From: Saprospiraceae bacterium
GTDB lineage: Bacteria; Bacteroidota; Bacteroidia; Chitinophagales; Saprospiraceae
Reading direction: 5' to 3'
DNA: 56,917 nucleotides
NCBI GenBank assembly: GCA_032115755.1
Contig: JAUMBJ010000159.1
Span: forward strand, 1 to 56,917
The translations under genes and the position numbers were made by a program. The notes under the pieces were generated by a model that was not told the origin of the DNA, ran no database searches, and saw nothing but the letters and a program-made list of their open reading frames with translations. The stretch's first letter is position 1. Each line of letters opens with the position of its first letter. Shown here piece after piece: positions 19,219-28,955 of this stretch.

Positions 19219-19565
19219 TTTAATAAATTTTTGTGTAAGTCTGCTAACCTTCAAATAGTTTTTTCATCAAAATTTAAAACAATCAATACTTAAACAATTT
19301 GAATGCTAAATAGGTCAACAGTGAGGTTAAATGTGTGTTAAAAATAGGAAATTTGGCACAAATCAACTTATTTTGTTGTTTATAAAAGGTTGTATCCTTT
19401 TAAGATCATTTGACAAACTGGATATCAAGTGTGTCAGTGTCTTTAAAATTAAAGTCGGTTTATAAGACTTTTATTTTATAACAAGACTTACAAAAATAGA
19501 CCATTAATGAATTTTTCTATACACTGATTATCCTTAAATAAAGAAACTCAGTTAAAAAACAACAT

Positions 19566-20213
19566 ATGAGACTTATAAGTGCATTTATATTTCTGTTCCT
19601 GGTTACAAGCTCAAATATTATGGCACAGAAAAAGGATTCCTATGTGCAGGTTATTGAGTTTTCAGGTATGGTGTTTACAGAGGGGGAAGATGGAAGTCCT
19701 GTACCATTACCATATACTAATGTGGCCGTCAAAGGTACAACCAGGGGTTCTTCCTCTGATCTTGATGGCTATTTCGCTTTTATTGCCCTTGCAGGAGAGA
19801 CAGTTGTTTTTTCCAGAATTGGATATAAAACCGTGGAAATTGTTGTCCCAGATACGTTGACATCCAACCATTATAAATGGCTCCAAATCATGTCGTCTGA
19901 CGATTACCTACTGCCGGAAGTGTTTATCTATCCCTGGCCAAGCAGAGAACATTTCAAGCAGGAATTTTTTGCTATTGACATTTCTAATGAAATAAGAGAA
20001 AAAGCTCAGGAAAATCTCGCTTCAGATGCTATGAAAGAAATGAGATATACCGTACCTGCTGATGGGAAGGAAACAAGCAGTGTCGTTATCAGGCAACAGG
20101 CAACGGATTACGTGTACACCGGTCAGATTAAACCGCAAAATATATTTAGTCCCCTTGCATGGAAAAAATTTGTCGATGCCTGGAGAAGGGGAGATTTCAA
20201 GAAAAAAGACTAA
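19566..20213 (+). CDS. Carboxypeptidase-regulatory-like (CarboxypepD_reg) domain protein, secreted
   Basis: Signal peptide, then FSGMVF...PLPYTNVAVKGTTRGSSSDLDGYFAFIALAGETVVFSRIGYKTVEIVV, the typical CarboxypepD_reg pattern. Confidence 0.6.
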   Translation: MRLISAFIFLFLVTSSNIMAQKKDSYVQVIEFSGMVFTEGEDGSPVPLPYTNVAVKGTTRGSSSDLDGYFAFIALAGETVVFSRIGYKTVEIVVPDTLTSNHYKWLQIMSSDDYLLPEVFIYPWPSREHFKQEFFAIDISNEIREKAQENLASDAMKEMRYTVPADGKETSSVVIRQQATDYVYTGQIKPQNIFSPLAWKKFVDAWRRGDFKKKD

Positions 20214-20222
20214 ATACTTCTG

Positions 20223-21089
20223 CTAATATGTGTTTGTCATATCTTCGTCAACACAAATTATAAAATGTGCTTTCCCTAAATGTTCCTGGTCAAGCTTGTA
20301 AACATTTTTTTGACTAACCGTACTAATAGTAACATACTTTAAGGCTGGTTTCTGCCGCTTTAGGTACCAGATTATGCCTTCATCGTTGTCTGTATGGTAA
20401 GCTCCATTAAAATGAACAAATATTGAATTTGGACGCATATTGCTGGAAATAAAATGTGCCATAGTAGCATCTTTTATTGCCTGTGCCTTTGGAAAATTTG
20501 GGTTGGCATGCGCTGGATCATTACCCATCATAGTCAACATATTTTGATAACCCGGCAAATTAGGATCATAGTCTACTGGTAGGGGCGCTATCCATGATTT
20601 TTCAAGGTCTGATAATGCATAGAGTGCTTCAAAGCCTCCTTTAAATACCTTTCCAGCATACTTTCTTGGAATATTTGTGGCTATAAAAGGATATTTATTT
20701 TCCTTAGCGATGTTTACAAGTGGAGCATAATCAGTATCATAATTTGGCCAAAGTCGACAAGAATCCTTAAATGTTTTTTCGTTGATTGAATCCATCAAAA
20801 AGGAAGAAAGAATTTGCTGTTGATCAGCTTCAAACATTTCTGCCCCAAGCACCAATGGCTTTTCAGAAACCAAAGCTTGTACAAGTTCATACTGCAGCCA
20901 GTGTGATATGGCATTATTATGAAATTCACCAAACAATATGATTTCTGACTCTTTAACTTTGCTGACTATTTTTTGAAAATCAGCTTTTTTTCCTTTTGCA
21001 TCGTAGATTACAAAAGGAGCAATCTTTTGACCTTGGGCCTCTAAAGTGAACAGAAATAAAAAAAGTATAGAAATTATTTTTTGAGACAT
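20223..21089 (-). CDS. ChaN-like (haem-binding uptake, Tiki superfamily) protein
   Basis: Signal peptide and an ILFGEFHNNAISHWLQ motif characteristic of the ChaN/PF04187-type family. Confidence 0.6.
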   Translation of the reverse strand: MSQKIISILFLFLFTLEAQGQKIAPFVIYDAKGKKADFQKIVSKVKESEIILFGEFHNNAISHWLQYELVQALVSEKPLVLGAEMFEADQQQILSSFLMDSINEKTFKDSCRLWPNYDTDYAPLVNIAKENKYPFIATNIPRKYAGKVFKGGFEALYALSDLEKSWIAPLPVDYDPNLPGYQNMLTMMGNDPAHANPNFPKAQAIKDATMAHFISSNMRPNSIFVHFNGAYHTDNDEGIIWYLKRQKPALKYVTISTVSQKNVYKLDQEHLGKAHFIICVDEDMTNTY

Positions 21090-21326
21090 ATTATTAAATT
21101 TTTAACAAATTTAGATTTATTATGGTAAATGAAGCGATTAAATACTCAAGACCCATAGCTGTTTAAGCCATTAATCATCCTTCTTAAAAAAAATTGAAAA
21201 GTTTAAACTAAAAAAGTAGTTACTTAAGCCGTAATGATCCGAAGGTTTCAATTACAGAAAAAACATTTTAGAAAATACTAGATTTATTATATTATTCATC
21301 AAGGACCTTTAAACTTTGAAATATTT

Positions 21327-22580
21327 TCAATAAATATTGGCACCAAGGCATTGAAGTATATCCCAATAATTGGAGAAAGATTTTTTTATCACACCGGGGT
21401 TTTTAATCGACACAGGTACAATCATTGAAAGCATCGACATTGACAATGCCATACGATGATCTCCATAAGTTTCAACTGAGCCCACAGTCGCAGCCCCGCT
21501 AATCTGTCCCTCCTGCATAAAATAAGCGGACTTTGATTTTTTGCTGAATTTTTCCGGAACCTGTGTTAAAAAGACATTCCATTTTGCCAATTCCTGACTC
21601 AGTGCCAAGATTCTGTCAGTTTCTTTTAAGCGAAGTGTATCAAGCCCGGTAAACAGACATGGAATTCCCAACCCCGCGCAAGTCACGCTTATAGTTTGAA
21701 ATAAATCCGGACAGTCCGTAAAATCATACTCTAAAAATTTAGCAGGTTGATTTCGTGGTGATTTTACAATTACGATGCCATCAGGATTAAATTTGGTTTC
21801 GACGCCAAGCAAGTCGAATATACTTCTGACTATAGCATCTCCCTGCCAGCTGGAGGATTGATAGCCTTGAGCAATGATTTCTGCGGATTCTGAAAGTGCA
21901 GCCAGTCCATAAAGATATGACACTGATGACCAATCAGGTTCTATAACGAGAGGACATGGCGTGTAATTTTTCGCAGGAATTGAAATGATGTTGTCATTTA
22001 CAATTACTTCAATTCCAAAATGCTTCATCATAGCTGCTGTCATGCTAATGTAGGGCTCAGAGACCTTATTCCCCTCCATATGAATCTCCAGACCAGATGG
22101 CAAAGTCGGTCCTATCATCATGAGCGCAGAAATAAATTGAGAACTCACTGAGGCATTTACATGAATGCTTTGATTAATTTCACCAGAAAAATTTCGGATG
22201 GCTAATGGTGGACAACCGTCTTTGTCCAGATAAGAAATATCAGCGCCTATTTGGCGCAACGCATCTACGAGCGGACCTATAGGTCTTTCTTGCATTCGAG
22301 CTGATCCGGTAAGTATAAATTCACCTTTAATTTTGGCCAAATATGCTGTCATAAAACGCATAACAGTACCTGCGTCAGCTACATCCAAAACATCAGTGCC
22401 GGCAGAAAGCAAATGTAACATGGTGGCTGTATCATTGCTATCAGACAAGTTATCTATTTCAAATTTTTCTCCGCATATGGCGCGAATCATTAATGCCCTA
22501 TTTGAGATACTCTTACTCCCGGAGATCTGAATGGTCCCTTTTATATGCCTTGTTGGAAATAATATTTCAATCGGCTGCAT
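21327..22580 (-). CDS. aroA: 3-phosphoshikimate 1-carboxyvinyltransferase (EPSP synthase)
   Basis: 417 aa with GSKSISNRAL, DAGTVMRF, RMQERPI, LKETDR and GDHRMAM motifs. Confidence 0.92.
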   Translation of the reverse strand: MQPIEILFPTRHIKGTIQISGSKSISNRALMIRAICGEKFEIDNLSDSNDTATMLHLLSAGTDVLDVADAGTVMRFMTAYLAKIKGEFILTGSARMQERPIGPLVDALRQIGADISYLDKDGCPPLAIRNFSGEINQSIHVNASVSSQFISALMMIGPTLPSGLEIHMEGNKVSEPYISMTAAMMKHFGIEVIVNDNIISIPAKNYTPCPLVIEPDWSSVSYLYGLAALSESAEIIAQGYQSSSWQGDAIVRSIFDLLGVETKFNPDGIVIVKSPRNQPAKFLEYDFTDCPDLFQTISVTCAGLGIPCLFTGLDTLRLKETDRILALSQELAKWNVFLTQVPEKFSKKSKSAYFMQEGQISGAATVGSVETYGDHRMALSMSMLSMIVPVSIKNPGVIKKSFSNYWDILQCLGANIY

Positions 22581-22596
22581 TGTTGATGCTTATCAT

Positions 22597-23013
22597 TTAT
22601 GCATTGGGATCTTTCCAAATAAAATGGATGTTTTGTTTTATATCTGGGTGGAGACTGTAGCTTACCGGACAGGTTTTTGCTGCTGCCTCAAGTATTCTCA
22701 TTTCATGCGATGCATAAATTCGGTCAGGCATAGTTACCACAATATCAATAGCTGCTACTCTGCGAGGGTCAGCGGTCATATGCTTTGTAACTTCGAGTTT
22801 AGTGCCTTCGATTGGTATTGACCTCTCACGGGCGCTAATCCCCATAATGGTTACCATACAAGTTGCAAGGGATGTCGCAAGCAAATCCGTTGGGGAAAAT
22901 GCTTCTCCCTTGCCCTGATTGTCAGGCGGGGCGTCTGTGATCACAATTTGGCCAGATCTTATATGAGTAGCTTCCGTTCTGAGTCCCCCTTTATATACTA
23001 CGCTCGCTGTCAT
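22597..23013 (-). CDS. OsmC-family protein (second, divergent paralogue)
   Basis: 138 aa with [18 protein letters not shown] and AAKTCPVS Cys contexts. It overlaps the phoH-like gene by 23 nt. Confidence 0.85.
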   Translation of the reverse strand: MTASVVYKGGLRTEATHIRSGQIVITDAPPDNQGKGEAFSPTDLLATSLATCMVTIMGISARERSIPIEGTKLEVTKHMTADPRRVAAIDIVVTMPDRIYASHEMRILEAAAKTCPVSYSLHPDIKQNIHFIWKDPNA

Positions 23014-24046
23014 GATCTATACTTTCGCGTTTAGCAATTTTTTCAGCATTTTCTTTTTCCTTTTTTTCTCTAAGTTTTAATTTCTCAGCTTCTTCGAGTT
23101 CTTCTGATGCTTCATAACTTCTTATTATTTCTTTAACAAGCCGGTGTCTAACAACATCATCAGGGTTTAGATGTAACTGACCTATACCTGGAATATCCGC
23201 CAAAATCTGCAATGCCTTACGCAAACCTGATTTTTGATAGCCTGGCAAATCGATCTGTGAAAGGTCTCCTGTAATGATAGCTTTAGCACTTGGACCAATT
23301 CGAGTTAAAAACATTTTCAGTTGTGAAGAGGTGCAATTTTGAGCCTCATCCAGTATGATAAAAGCGTGATCGAGTGTACGTCCCCTCATAAAGGCCAAAG
23401 GAGCAACTTCAATAACCCTATTTTGTATGAAAAATGCGAGCTTATCGGCAGGTATCATATCATCGAGGGCATCATACAGTGGCCTGAGGTATGGATCAAC
23501 TTTTTCCTTCATGTCGCCAGGAAGAAAACCCAAATGCTCACCAGCTTCCACAGCGGGTCTGGTAAGAATGATTTTTTTGACCAATTTTGACTTTAATGCT
23601 CTGATGGCAAGGGCAACTGCAGTATATGTCTTTCCAGTACCTGCCGGACCAATGGCAAAAACAATATCATTTTCGTCAGAACATCTGACCAGCATTTTTT
23701 GATTTTTGGTCCTGGCTTTAATAGGACTTCCGCTTTTGCCATAGACAATAATTCCATCTGGAGCATGCTGACTGATTTTATTGTCAACCGCATGGTCACT
23801 CAATACAAGGTCCTCGACAGCCTGGTGGGTAAGCTCATGTTTTTCTTTGAGCATTTTTACCATAGTTTCTATTTTGCCCTTAGCGTCCTGAGTGTATTTT
23901 TTTTCGCCTTTCAACTTAATCTGATTGCCTCTGGAGGTAATAATAACATCAGGAAAAGCCCTTTTTATAAGGTTTAATTTAGAATTGTTTTCACCATATA
24001 AATCCAGAGGATCTACCCCTTCTATGGTCAGAATAATTTCGCTCAA
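22991..24046 (-). CDS. phoH: PhoH-family ATPase
   Basis: Walker [10 protein letters not shown], Walker B IILDEAQN, and a GDLSQIDLP motif. TTG start per the ORF track. Confidence 0.9.
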   Translation of the reverse strand: MSEIILTIEGVDPLDLYGENNSKLNLIKRAFPDVIITSRGNQIKLKGEKKYTQDAKGKIETMVKMLKEKHELTHQAVEDLVLSDHAVDNKISQHAPDGIIVYGKSGSPIKARTKNQKMLVRCSDENDIVFAIGPAGTGKTYTAVALAIRALKSKLVKKIILTRPAVEAGEHLGFLPGDMKEKVDPYLRPLYDALDDMIPADKLAFFIQNRVIEVAPLAFMRGRTLDHAFIILDEAQNCTSSQLKMFLTRIGPSAKAIITGDLSQIDLPGYQKSGLRKALQILADIPGIGQLHLNPDDVVRHRLVKEIIRSYEASEELEEAEKLKLREKKEKENAEKIAKRESIDHDSERSI

Positions 24047-24192
24047 TCTTTTTAATCTATGTTTTTTAGTAAAACGTTTACCGTTATCAAATTTTTAGGT
24101 AATATTTTATTTTCTTTGCACACAAAAATTGCCAATTTTTCAAATATATACTAATATTACCAATAAATTATAGGACAAATAACCGCAATTTA

Positions 24193-24963
24193 ATGCAAAT
24201 TGTTTCACTGACAACAGATTTCGGAACCAGAGATTATTACGTAGCAGAACTTAAAGGAATTTTACTGACCAAAAATTGTCTCTTTAACATCATCGATATA
24301 AGTCATGAGGTCAATGCCTATGATATTGTGCAGGGAGCATTTTTTCTTAAAAATGTGATTGTGCAATTTCCACCTGGTACGATACATATTGTAGCTGTGA
24401 ATAACAATTATGATAAGGAAAGTGAATATGTATGTTTTAAAAAATATGACCAATATTTTATAGGACCAAATAATGGTTTATTTACCTTGGTCTTTGAGCA
24501 GTTGCCACCGGAAGAAGTTTTTCAAATTAAGCCGAATCAGGAGCCATCCATGCACTATTACCATCTTTATGCTTATGCGGCTGATTACATATGCAGAGGT
24601 TTACCTATTGAAAACATAGGACCTGCCGTACAGGAAACCAATGAAAAACTTGAACTCAGACCTGTGGTAACCTCCAATCAAATCAGAGCAACAATAATTC
24701 ATATTGATGCATTTGATAATGTAATCATTAATCTTAAGAAAGAGCAATTTGAAAAAGTTCGTGCGGGAAGATCATTTGAACTTTATTACAAACAGTATGA
24801 TCCCATCACCACCTTAAGCAATACGTATAGCGATGTAGCGGTAGGAGAAACCGTCATTTTTTTTAATACTGCTGGTTTTCTTGAAATAGCTGTAAATTTG
24901 GGGAATGCCAGCTCTACATTCAATTTAAACAGGAACGAAACCATTCAAATTAATTTTCTGTAA
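24193..24963 (+). CDS. SAM hydroxide adenosyltransferase / DUF62-family protein
   Basis: The N-terminus IVSLTTDFGTRDYYVAELKG and a length of 256 aa are typical of the SAM hydrolase (fluorinase/chlorinase-related) family. Confidence 0.8.
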   Translation: MQIVSLTTDFGTRDYYVAELKGILLTKNCLFNIIDISHEVNAYDIVQGAFFLKNVIVQFPPGTIHIVAVNNNYDKESEYVCFKKYDQYFIGPNNGLFTLVFEQLPPEEVFQIKPNQEPSMHYYHLYAYAADYICRGLPIENIGPAVQETNEKLELRPVVTSNQIRATIIHIDAFDNVIINLKKEQFEKVRAGRSFELYYKQYDPITTLSNTYSDVAVGETVIFFNTAGFLEIAVNLGNASSTFNLNRNETIQINFL

Positions 24964-24968
24964 TCTAT

Positions 24969-25262
24969 ATGGTCAAAAGAATAGTTCGGATGCACTTTTA
25001 CCCTGAACTCACAGGTAAGTTTGAGGAGATATTTAATACTTCTAAAGATAAAATAAGGTCCTCAAAAGGTTGCCTTGGTCTTGAGTTATATACAGACCAT
25101 AACAATCCTGAGGTCTATTATACCTGGAGTACCTGGGAAACTGAAGACGATTTAGAGCAGTACAGACAATCAGAACTTTTTAAGAGCACCTGGGAAAAAA
25201 CAAAAACGCTTTTTAGCGAAAAAGCCATAGCTTGGACACTTGATCCAATCAGCAAATTGTAA
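24969..25262 (+). CDS. Antibiotic-biosynthesis-monooxygenase (ABM)-like small protein
   Basis: 97 aa, ferredoxin-like ABM pattern (VRMHF...F....KDKIRSSKGCLGLELY...YYTWSTWE.EDDLEQYRQSELF). Confidence 0.6.
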   Translation: MVKRIVRMHFYPELTGKFEEIFNTSKDKIRSSKGCLGLELYTDHNNPEVYYTWSTWETEDDLEQYRQSELFKSTWEKTKTLFSEKAIAWTLDPISKL

Positions 25263-25276
25263 ATTGACGACCAATA

Positions 25277-26347
25277 TTGAATAATAATCACTATAATCCT
25301 ATAGCAACTCCTTTTCATTCTATTTACCTGAATGACTGGAATTCACTCAATACATATATTGGATTAAAACCATATACTTCTGTCTTTATTATCACAGATG
25401 AAAACGTAGCAAAAAGTTGTCTTCATATAGTCCTTGAAAATATTAGTGCAATTTGTAAAATCATTACCATTGCCCCAGGCGAAGCAATTAAAAATATAGA
25501 TACCTGCCAATATGTATGGCAACAACTACTGATCGGTCACGCGGATCGCCATTCACTTGTCATCAATCTGGGAGGTGGCGTAATAGGAGATTTAGGAGGT
25601 TTTTGTGCAGCTACCTATATGAGGGGGATAGATTTTATCCAAATTCCAACAACGCTTCTCAGCCAGGTTGATGCATCAATTGGAGGAAAAGTAGGTGTCG
25701 ACCTTTTACATATAAAAAACATAATAGGTGCCTATGCCTTACCAAAAGCTGTTTTTATTTTTACTTCATTTTTGAAAACACTTCCAGAAAAAGAAATTAA
25801 AAGTGGACTCTCAGAAATCATTAAACATCTGCTCATAGCTGACCGAGATAGATTTGAAACCTGGAATTCAGACATCCTTAAAAATGAAGCATTACTGGAA
25901 TCAGAAATTTATCATTCTATAAACCTAAAGCAAAAAATTGTATCTCTTGACCCTTATGAGAAAGGAATCAGAAAAATACTCAATTTTGGACATACCATAG
26001 GCCATGCTATAGAAACAGTTTCTTTACTTGATGAAAAACCAGTCCTTCATGGAGAGGCAGTTGCTATTGGTATGGTATGCGAGTCCTATATCAGCTACAG
26101 ATGCGGTTTTATTACAGAGGCAGAGGCTTTTAAAATTAAGGAATTACTGACTTCTATTTTCGGACACTATCCGAAAAGAATAACAGCTGAAGACAGGTTG
26201 TTGAAAATCATGCTTTCTGATAAAAAAAACAACGGGGGTGAAATAAGATTTTCCCTTTTAAACGGCATAGGAAATGCGAGTTTTGACCAGGTTGTTTCAA
26301 CTGAAATAATCCGCGACAGTTTGTTGTTTTATCAACAAAAATCATGA
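25277..26347 (+). CDS. aroB: 3-dehydroquinate synthase
   Basis: NLGGGVIGDLGGFCAATYMRGI, IPTTLLSQVDASIGGK, NFGHTIGHA and HGEAVAIGM motifs. Confidence 0.9.
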   Translation: MNNNHYNPIATPFHSIYLNDWNSLNTYIGLKPYTSVFIITDENVAKSCLHIVLENISAICKIITIAPGEAIKNIDTCQYVWQQLLIGHADRHSLVINLGGGVIGDLGGFCAATYMRGIDFIQIPTTLLSQVDASIGGKVGVDLLHIKNIIGAYALPKAVFIFTSFLKTLPEKEIKSGLSEIIKHLLIADRDRFETWNSDILKNEALLESEIYHSINLKQKIVSLDPYEKGIRKILNFGHTIGHAIETVSLLDEKPVLHGEAVAIGMVCESYISYRCGFITEAEAFKIKELLTSIFGHYPKRITAEDRLLKIMLSDKKNNGGEIRFSLLNGIGNASFDQVVSTEIIRDSLLFYQQKS

Positions 26348-26360
26348 TAAATTTCAAAAA

Positions 26361-28151
26361 TTAAAAGCCATATTGATTGGAACTATTCAGGTGTTCCGCG
26401 ATATTGCGCCGGAATATTTTTACAGGCTGTAAGGGGTATTTTGTAAATTTTCGTAATCCTGAAATATACCCTGCCTGAAGTTCCTGGGAGACAAATGAGG
26501 CAATGGCATTTACACCATTATTGTACATACGGAGATTTACGTCATGAAAGTATGTCTTTAAAATTTCAGTATATAGCTTTTGTTGTGGTTCAGACAACGA
26601 ATCTATGGCTTTTGCCGTTTTCAATAAAGCACTTTCTGCTGTATAAATATCAGAAACCATATCTGCAAGATACATTAAAACTTCCTGCTCATTTTTCAAA
26701 TCAATCTGTCCTGACATCGCCATTTGACCGGCGCTTCCCATTAACATCATCAAACTTTTCTTGAAAGAAGCAATAGCTCTAAATTCATCCGGAAAAACAG
26801 TTTCATTCACTTCTGCTTCCACTTGATCATCTATAAGTTCCTTTTGGACATTCATAGCAGGAGTCATGATATCCAGCTGACCTTTGAGTGCCTTTTTAAA
26901 GATTGTGTTGATCATGAGCATTCTGTTAATCTCATTTGTACCTTCAAAAATCCTATTTATGCGACTATCTCTGTAAGCTCTGGCAATAAAGCCATCTTCA
27001 GAATAACCCATACCTCCGTATATCTGTAGTGTTTCATCTGCACAATAATCCAAAGTTTCTGAGCCTAGTATTTTTAATATTGCGCATTCCATAGCAAATT
27101 CTTCTGCGGCATCAAGCCTTGATTCGGCAAATGATTTTCCTTCTTTCATAGCATTTTCCTCAGTAAGTTGAATCATCCAAGCGGTCCGGTATACAGCAGC
27201 ATCTGTAACGTAGCATCGGATAGCCATTTCTGAAAGTTTATATTGTATGGCACCAAAAGATGAAATAGGCTGTTTAAATTGAATCCTTTGATTGGCATAC
27301 TGTATGGCTTGTGTACACAGCATTTTGGCTCCTCCCAAGGTGGAAACTCCAAGTTTTAGTCTTCCAATATTTAAAACACTAAATGCAATATGATGTCCTT
27401 TCCCGATTTCTCCAAGTAAGTTTTCTACTGGAACAGAGACATTTTCCAGAAAAACCTGTCTGGTGGAAGATCCCTTAATACCTAGTTTGTTTTCCTCCTC
27501 ACCAAAGGAAAGACCTTCAGCTGATCTCTCTACGATAAATGCCGTAAATTTATCACCATCTACCTGAGCAAAAACAGTAAAAATATCGGCAAAACCTGCA
27601 TTGGTAATCCACATTTTTTGACCATTTAAGATATAGTTTTTTTTATCATCGCTTAAGATTGCTATTGTCTTTGCAGAAAGTGCATCAGATCCACTTGATG
27701 GTTCTGTAAGACAATAGCTTGATTTTAATTTCCCTGCAATCAAGTCAGGCAAGTATTTTTGTTTTTGGGATGCTGTGCCAAAATATAAAATAGGTAGCAT
27801 TCCAATTCCTGTATGCGCATTATAACTAACACTAAAGGAACCGGACGGGCCGACAGCCTCAGCAATTAAGCAATTTGTAATAAAATCCATCTGACTTCCA
27901 CCATACATTTCCGGCATATGTGTACCAAATAGACCCAATGCTGCAAACTTTTCCATAATGGAAGGGGTCAAGCCTTCTTCTAAATTTTCTATTCGTTGAT
28001 AAATTGGTTTAATTTCCTGATCTATAAAATCATCTACTGTTTTTCGAATCATTATCTGATCTTCTGACCAGTTTTCTGAAATAAAGATATTTTCCCCATA
28101 GCAGCTCCTTATTAAAAAATCTCCTCCCGTATAATGATGGTGAATGCTCAT
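26361..28151 (-). CDS. Long-form acyl-CoA dehydrogenase (596 aa, with a C-terminal extension)
   Basis: CLTEPSSGSDA, WITNAG and QIYGGMGY motifs of the ACAD family, plus a ~180-aa C-terminal helical extension. Confidence 0.9.
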   Translation of the reverse strand: MSIHHHYTGGDFLIRSCYGENIFISENWSEDQIMIRKTVDDFIDQEIKPIYQRIENLEEGLTPSIMEKFAALGLFGTHMPEMYGGSQMDFITNCLIAEAVGPSGSFSVSYNAHTGIGMLPILYFGTASQKQKYLPDLIAGKLKSSYCLTEPSSGSDALSAKTIAILSDDKKNYILNGQKMWITNAGFADIFTVFAQVDGDKFTAFIVERSAEGLSFGEEENKLGIKGSSTRQVFLENVSVPVENLLGEIGKGHHIAFSVLNIGRLKLGVSTLGGAKMLCTQAIQYANQRIQFKQPISSFGAIQYKLSEMAIRCYVTDAAVYRTAWMIQLTEENAMKEGKSFAESRLDAAEEFAMECAILKILGSETLDYCADETLQIYGGMGYSEDGFIARAYRDSRINRIFEGTNEINRMLMINTIFKKALKGQLDIMTPAMNVQKELIDDQVEAEVNETVFPDEFRAIASFKKSLMMLMGSAGQMAMSGQIDLKNEQEVLMYLADMVSDIYTAESALLKTAKAIDSLSEPQQKLYTEILKTYFHDVNLRMYNNGVNAIASFVSQELQAGYISGLRKFTKYPLQPVKIFRRNIAEHLNSSNQYGF

Positions 28152-28513
28152 ATGATTTTTTTAACTCAAAGTTAAATTTTTATATGAATTATATATCAAG
28201 GGAGTGATTTTGCGCGGTGTTAAATATTTATTAATATCATGAAGCTTTCAATATCTGCAAAAATTTAAGTGTAGCGTTAAATCATTAAAAGTCATTAACA
28301 ACCAAATAAATTTATATCTAAATTCATCAGTTGTTGACCAAATGGCTTATTTTAAGGAAATACAGCAAATCTTTTGATCGCATATGTTGTTTTCTATGTT
28401 AGCAAATTACCAAAAAGCATTAGATTGAAAATCAATGCAATACTCTAAAAATAATATGGATAGTTGTATATTAAGTATACACGAATCTTTTACGCTTCTC
28501 GGGTTCATTTTAT

Positions 28514-28521
28514 TATCTTTG
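28514..28521 (+). promoter_or_regulatory. Candidate -7 box TATCTTTG for the SPOR-rodA-tgt-lptF/G operon
   Basis: Exact TAnnTTTG match 25 nt upstream of the GTG start at 28546. Confidence 0.45.
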
Positions 28522-28545
28522 CAATATCAATAAAATATATCGCCT

Positions 28546-28953
28546 GTGTCTCATCGATTTATGATATTATGCACCCTTTTATTAGTGCTATTTATCATAT
28601 CAGCAAATAATAAAGTGCTGAGTCAACATGTAATAGCTTCCAATGAGATAGAATCGCTTATTGATAAATTTAAAATGCAAGGTAAGCGTAATGAGCAGAT
28701 GCGGGCATGGCGTATTCAGATTATTACCACGGATGATCGCAGAGAAATGGAAGCTGCCAGGACTAGGTTTTCAAATTTATATCCGGGTGTGCAGCTGGAA
28801 TGGAAACATGTGGTACCATATTACCAGGTACGTGTAGGTGCCTATGAAAATAAGCTTGATCTAATGCCTTTCCTGCTGGAAGTAAAAAAAGTATTTCCCT
28901 CGGCCACACCTGTTAACGACATGGTCAACAAGAAAACTCTGGTAAATAATTAA
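28546..28953 (+). CDS. SPOR-domain protein
   Basis: GTG start and an N-terminal TM/signal. The C-terminal WRIQIITTDDRREMEAARTRFSNLYPG...YYQVRVGAYENKLDLMPFL fits a SPOR peptidoglycan-binding repeat. Confidence 0.6.
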   Translation: MSHRFMILCTLLLVLFIISANNKVLSQHVIASNEIESLIDKFKMQGKRNEQMRAWRIQIITTDDRREMEAARTRFSNLYPGVQLEWKHVVPYYQVRVGAYENKLDLMPFLLEVKKVFPSATPVNDMVNKKTLVNN

Positions 28954-28955
28954 AC

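Noticed and set aside
19227-19497. Inverted repeat ATTTTTGT(GT)AAGTCT (19227-19242) / AGACTTACAAAAAT (19484-19497) flanking ~240 bp, as a possible invertible promoter upstream of 19566
   Set aside because: The arms are short, carry an indel and are low-complexity T/A-rich. No site-specific recombinase gene is nearby, and chance occurrence is likely in a 480-bp AT-rich spacer.
21163-21240. Direct repeat TTAAGCCATTAATCATCC / TTAAGCCGTAATGATCC between the ChaN-like gene and aroA, as a possible regulator binding site
   Set aside because: There are only two copies with substitutions and an indel. They show no dyad symmetry and no resemblance to a known operator (for example a Fur box) that I can defend.
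23339-23977. Four plus-strand ORFs of 83-92 aa (23339-23590, 23427-23702, 23699-23977 and similar), plus many other 60-100-aa ORFs in the track such as 474-665, 3625-3819, 14722-14976, 19579-19860, 31005-31196 and 40449-40757
   Set aside because: All lie inside and antisense to, or out of frame with, strongly supported genes (phoH, epimerase, ABC ATPase, gltX, tgt, ArnT). They have low-complexity or hydrophobic composition and no motifs, so they are shadow ORFs.
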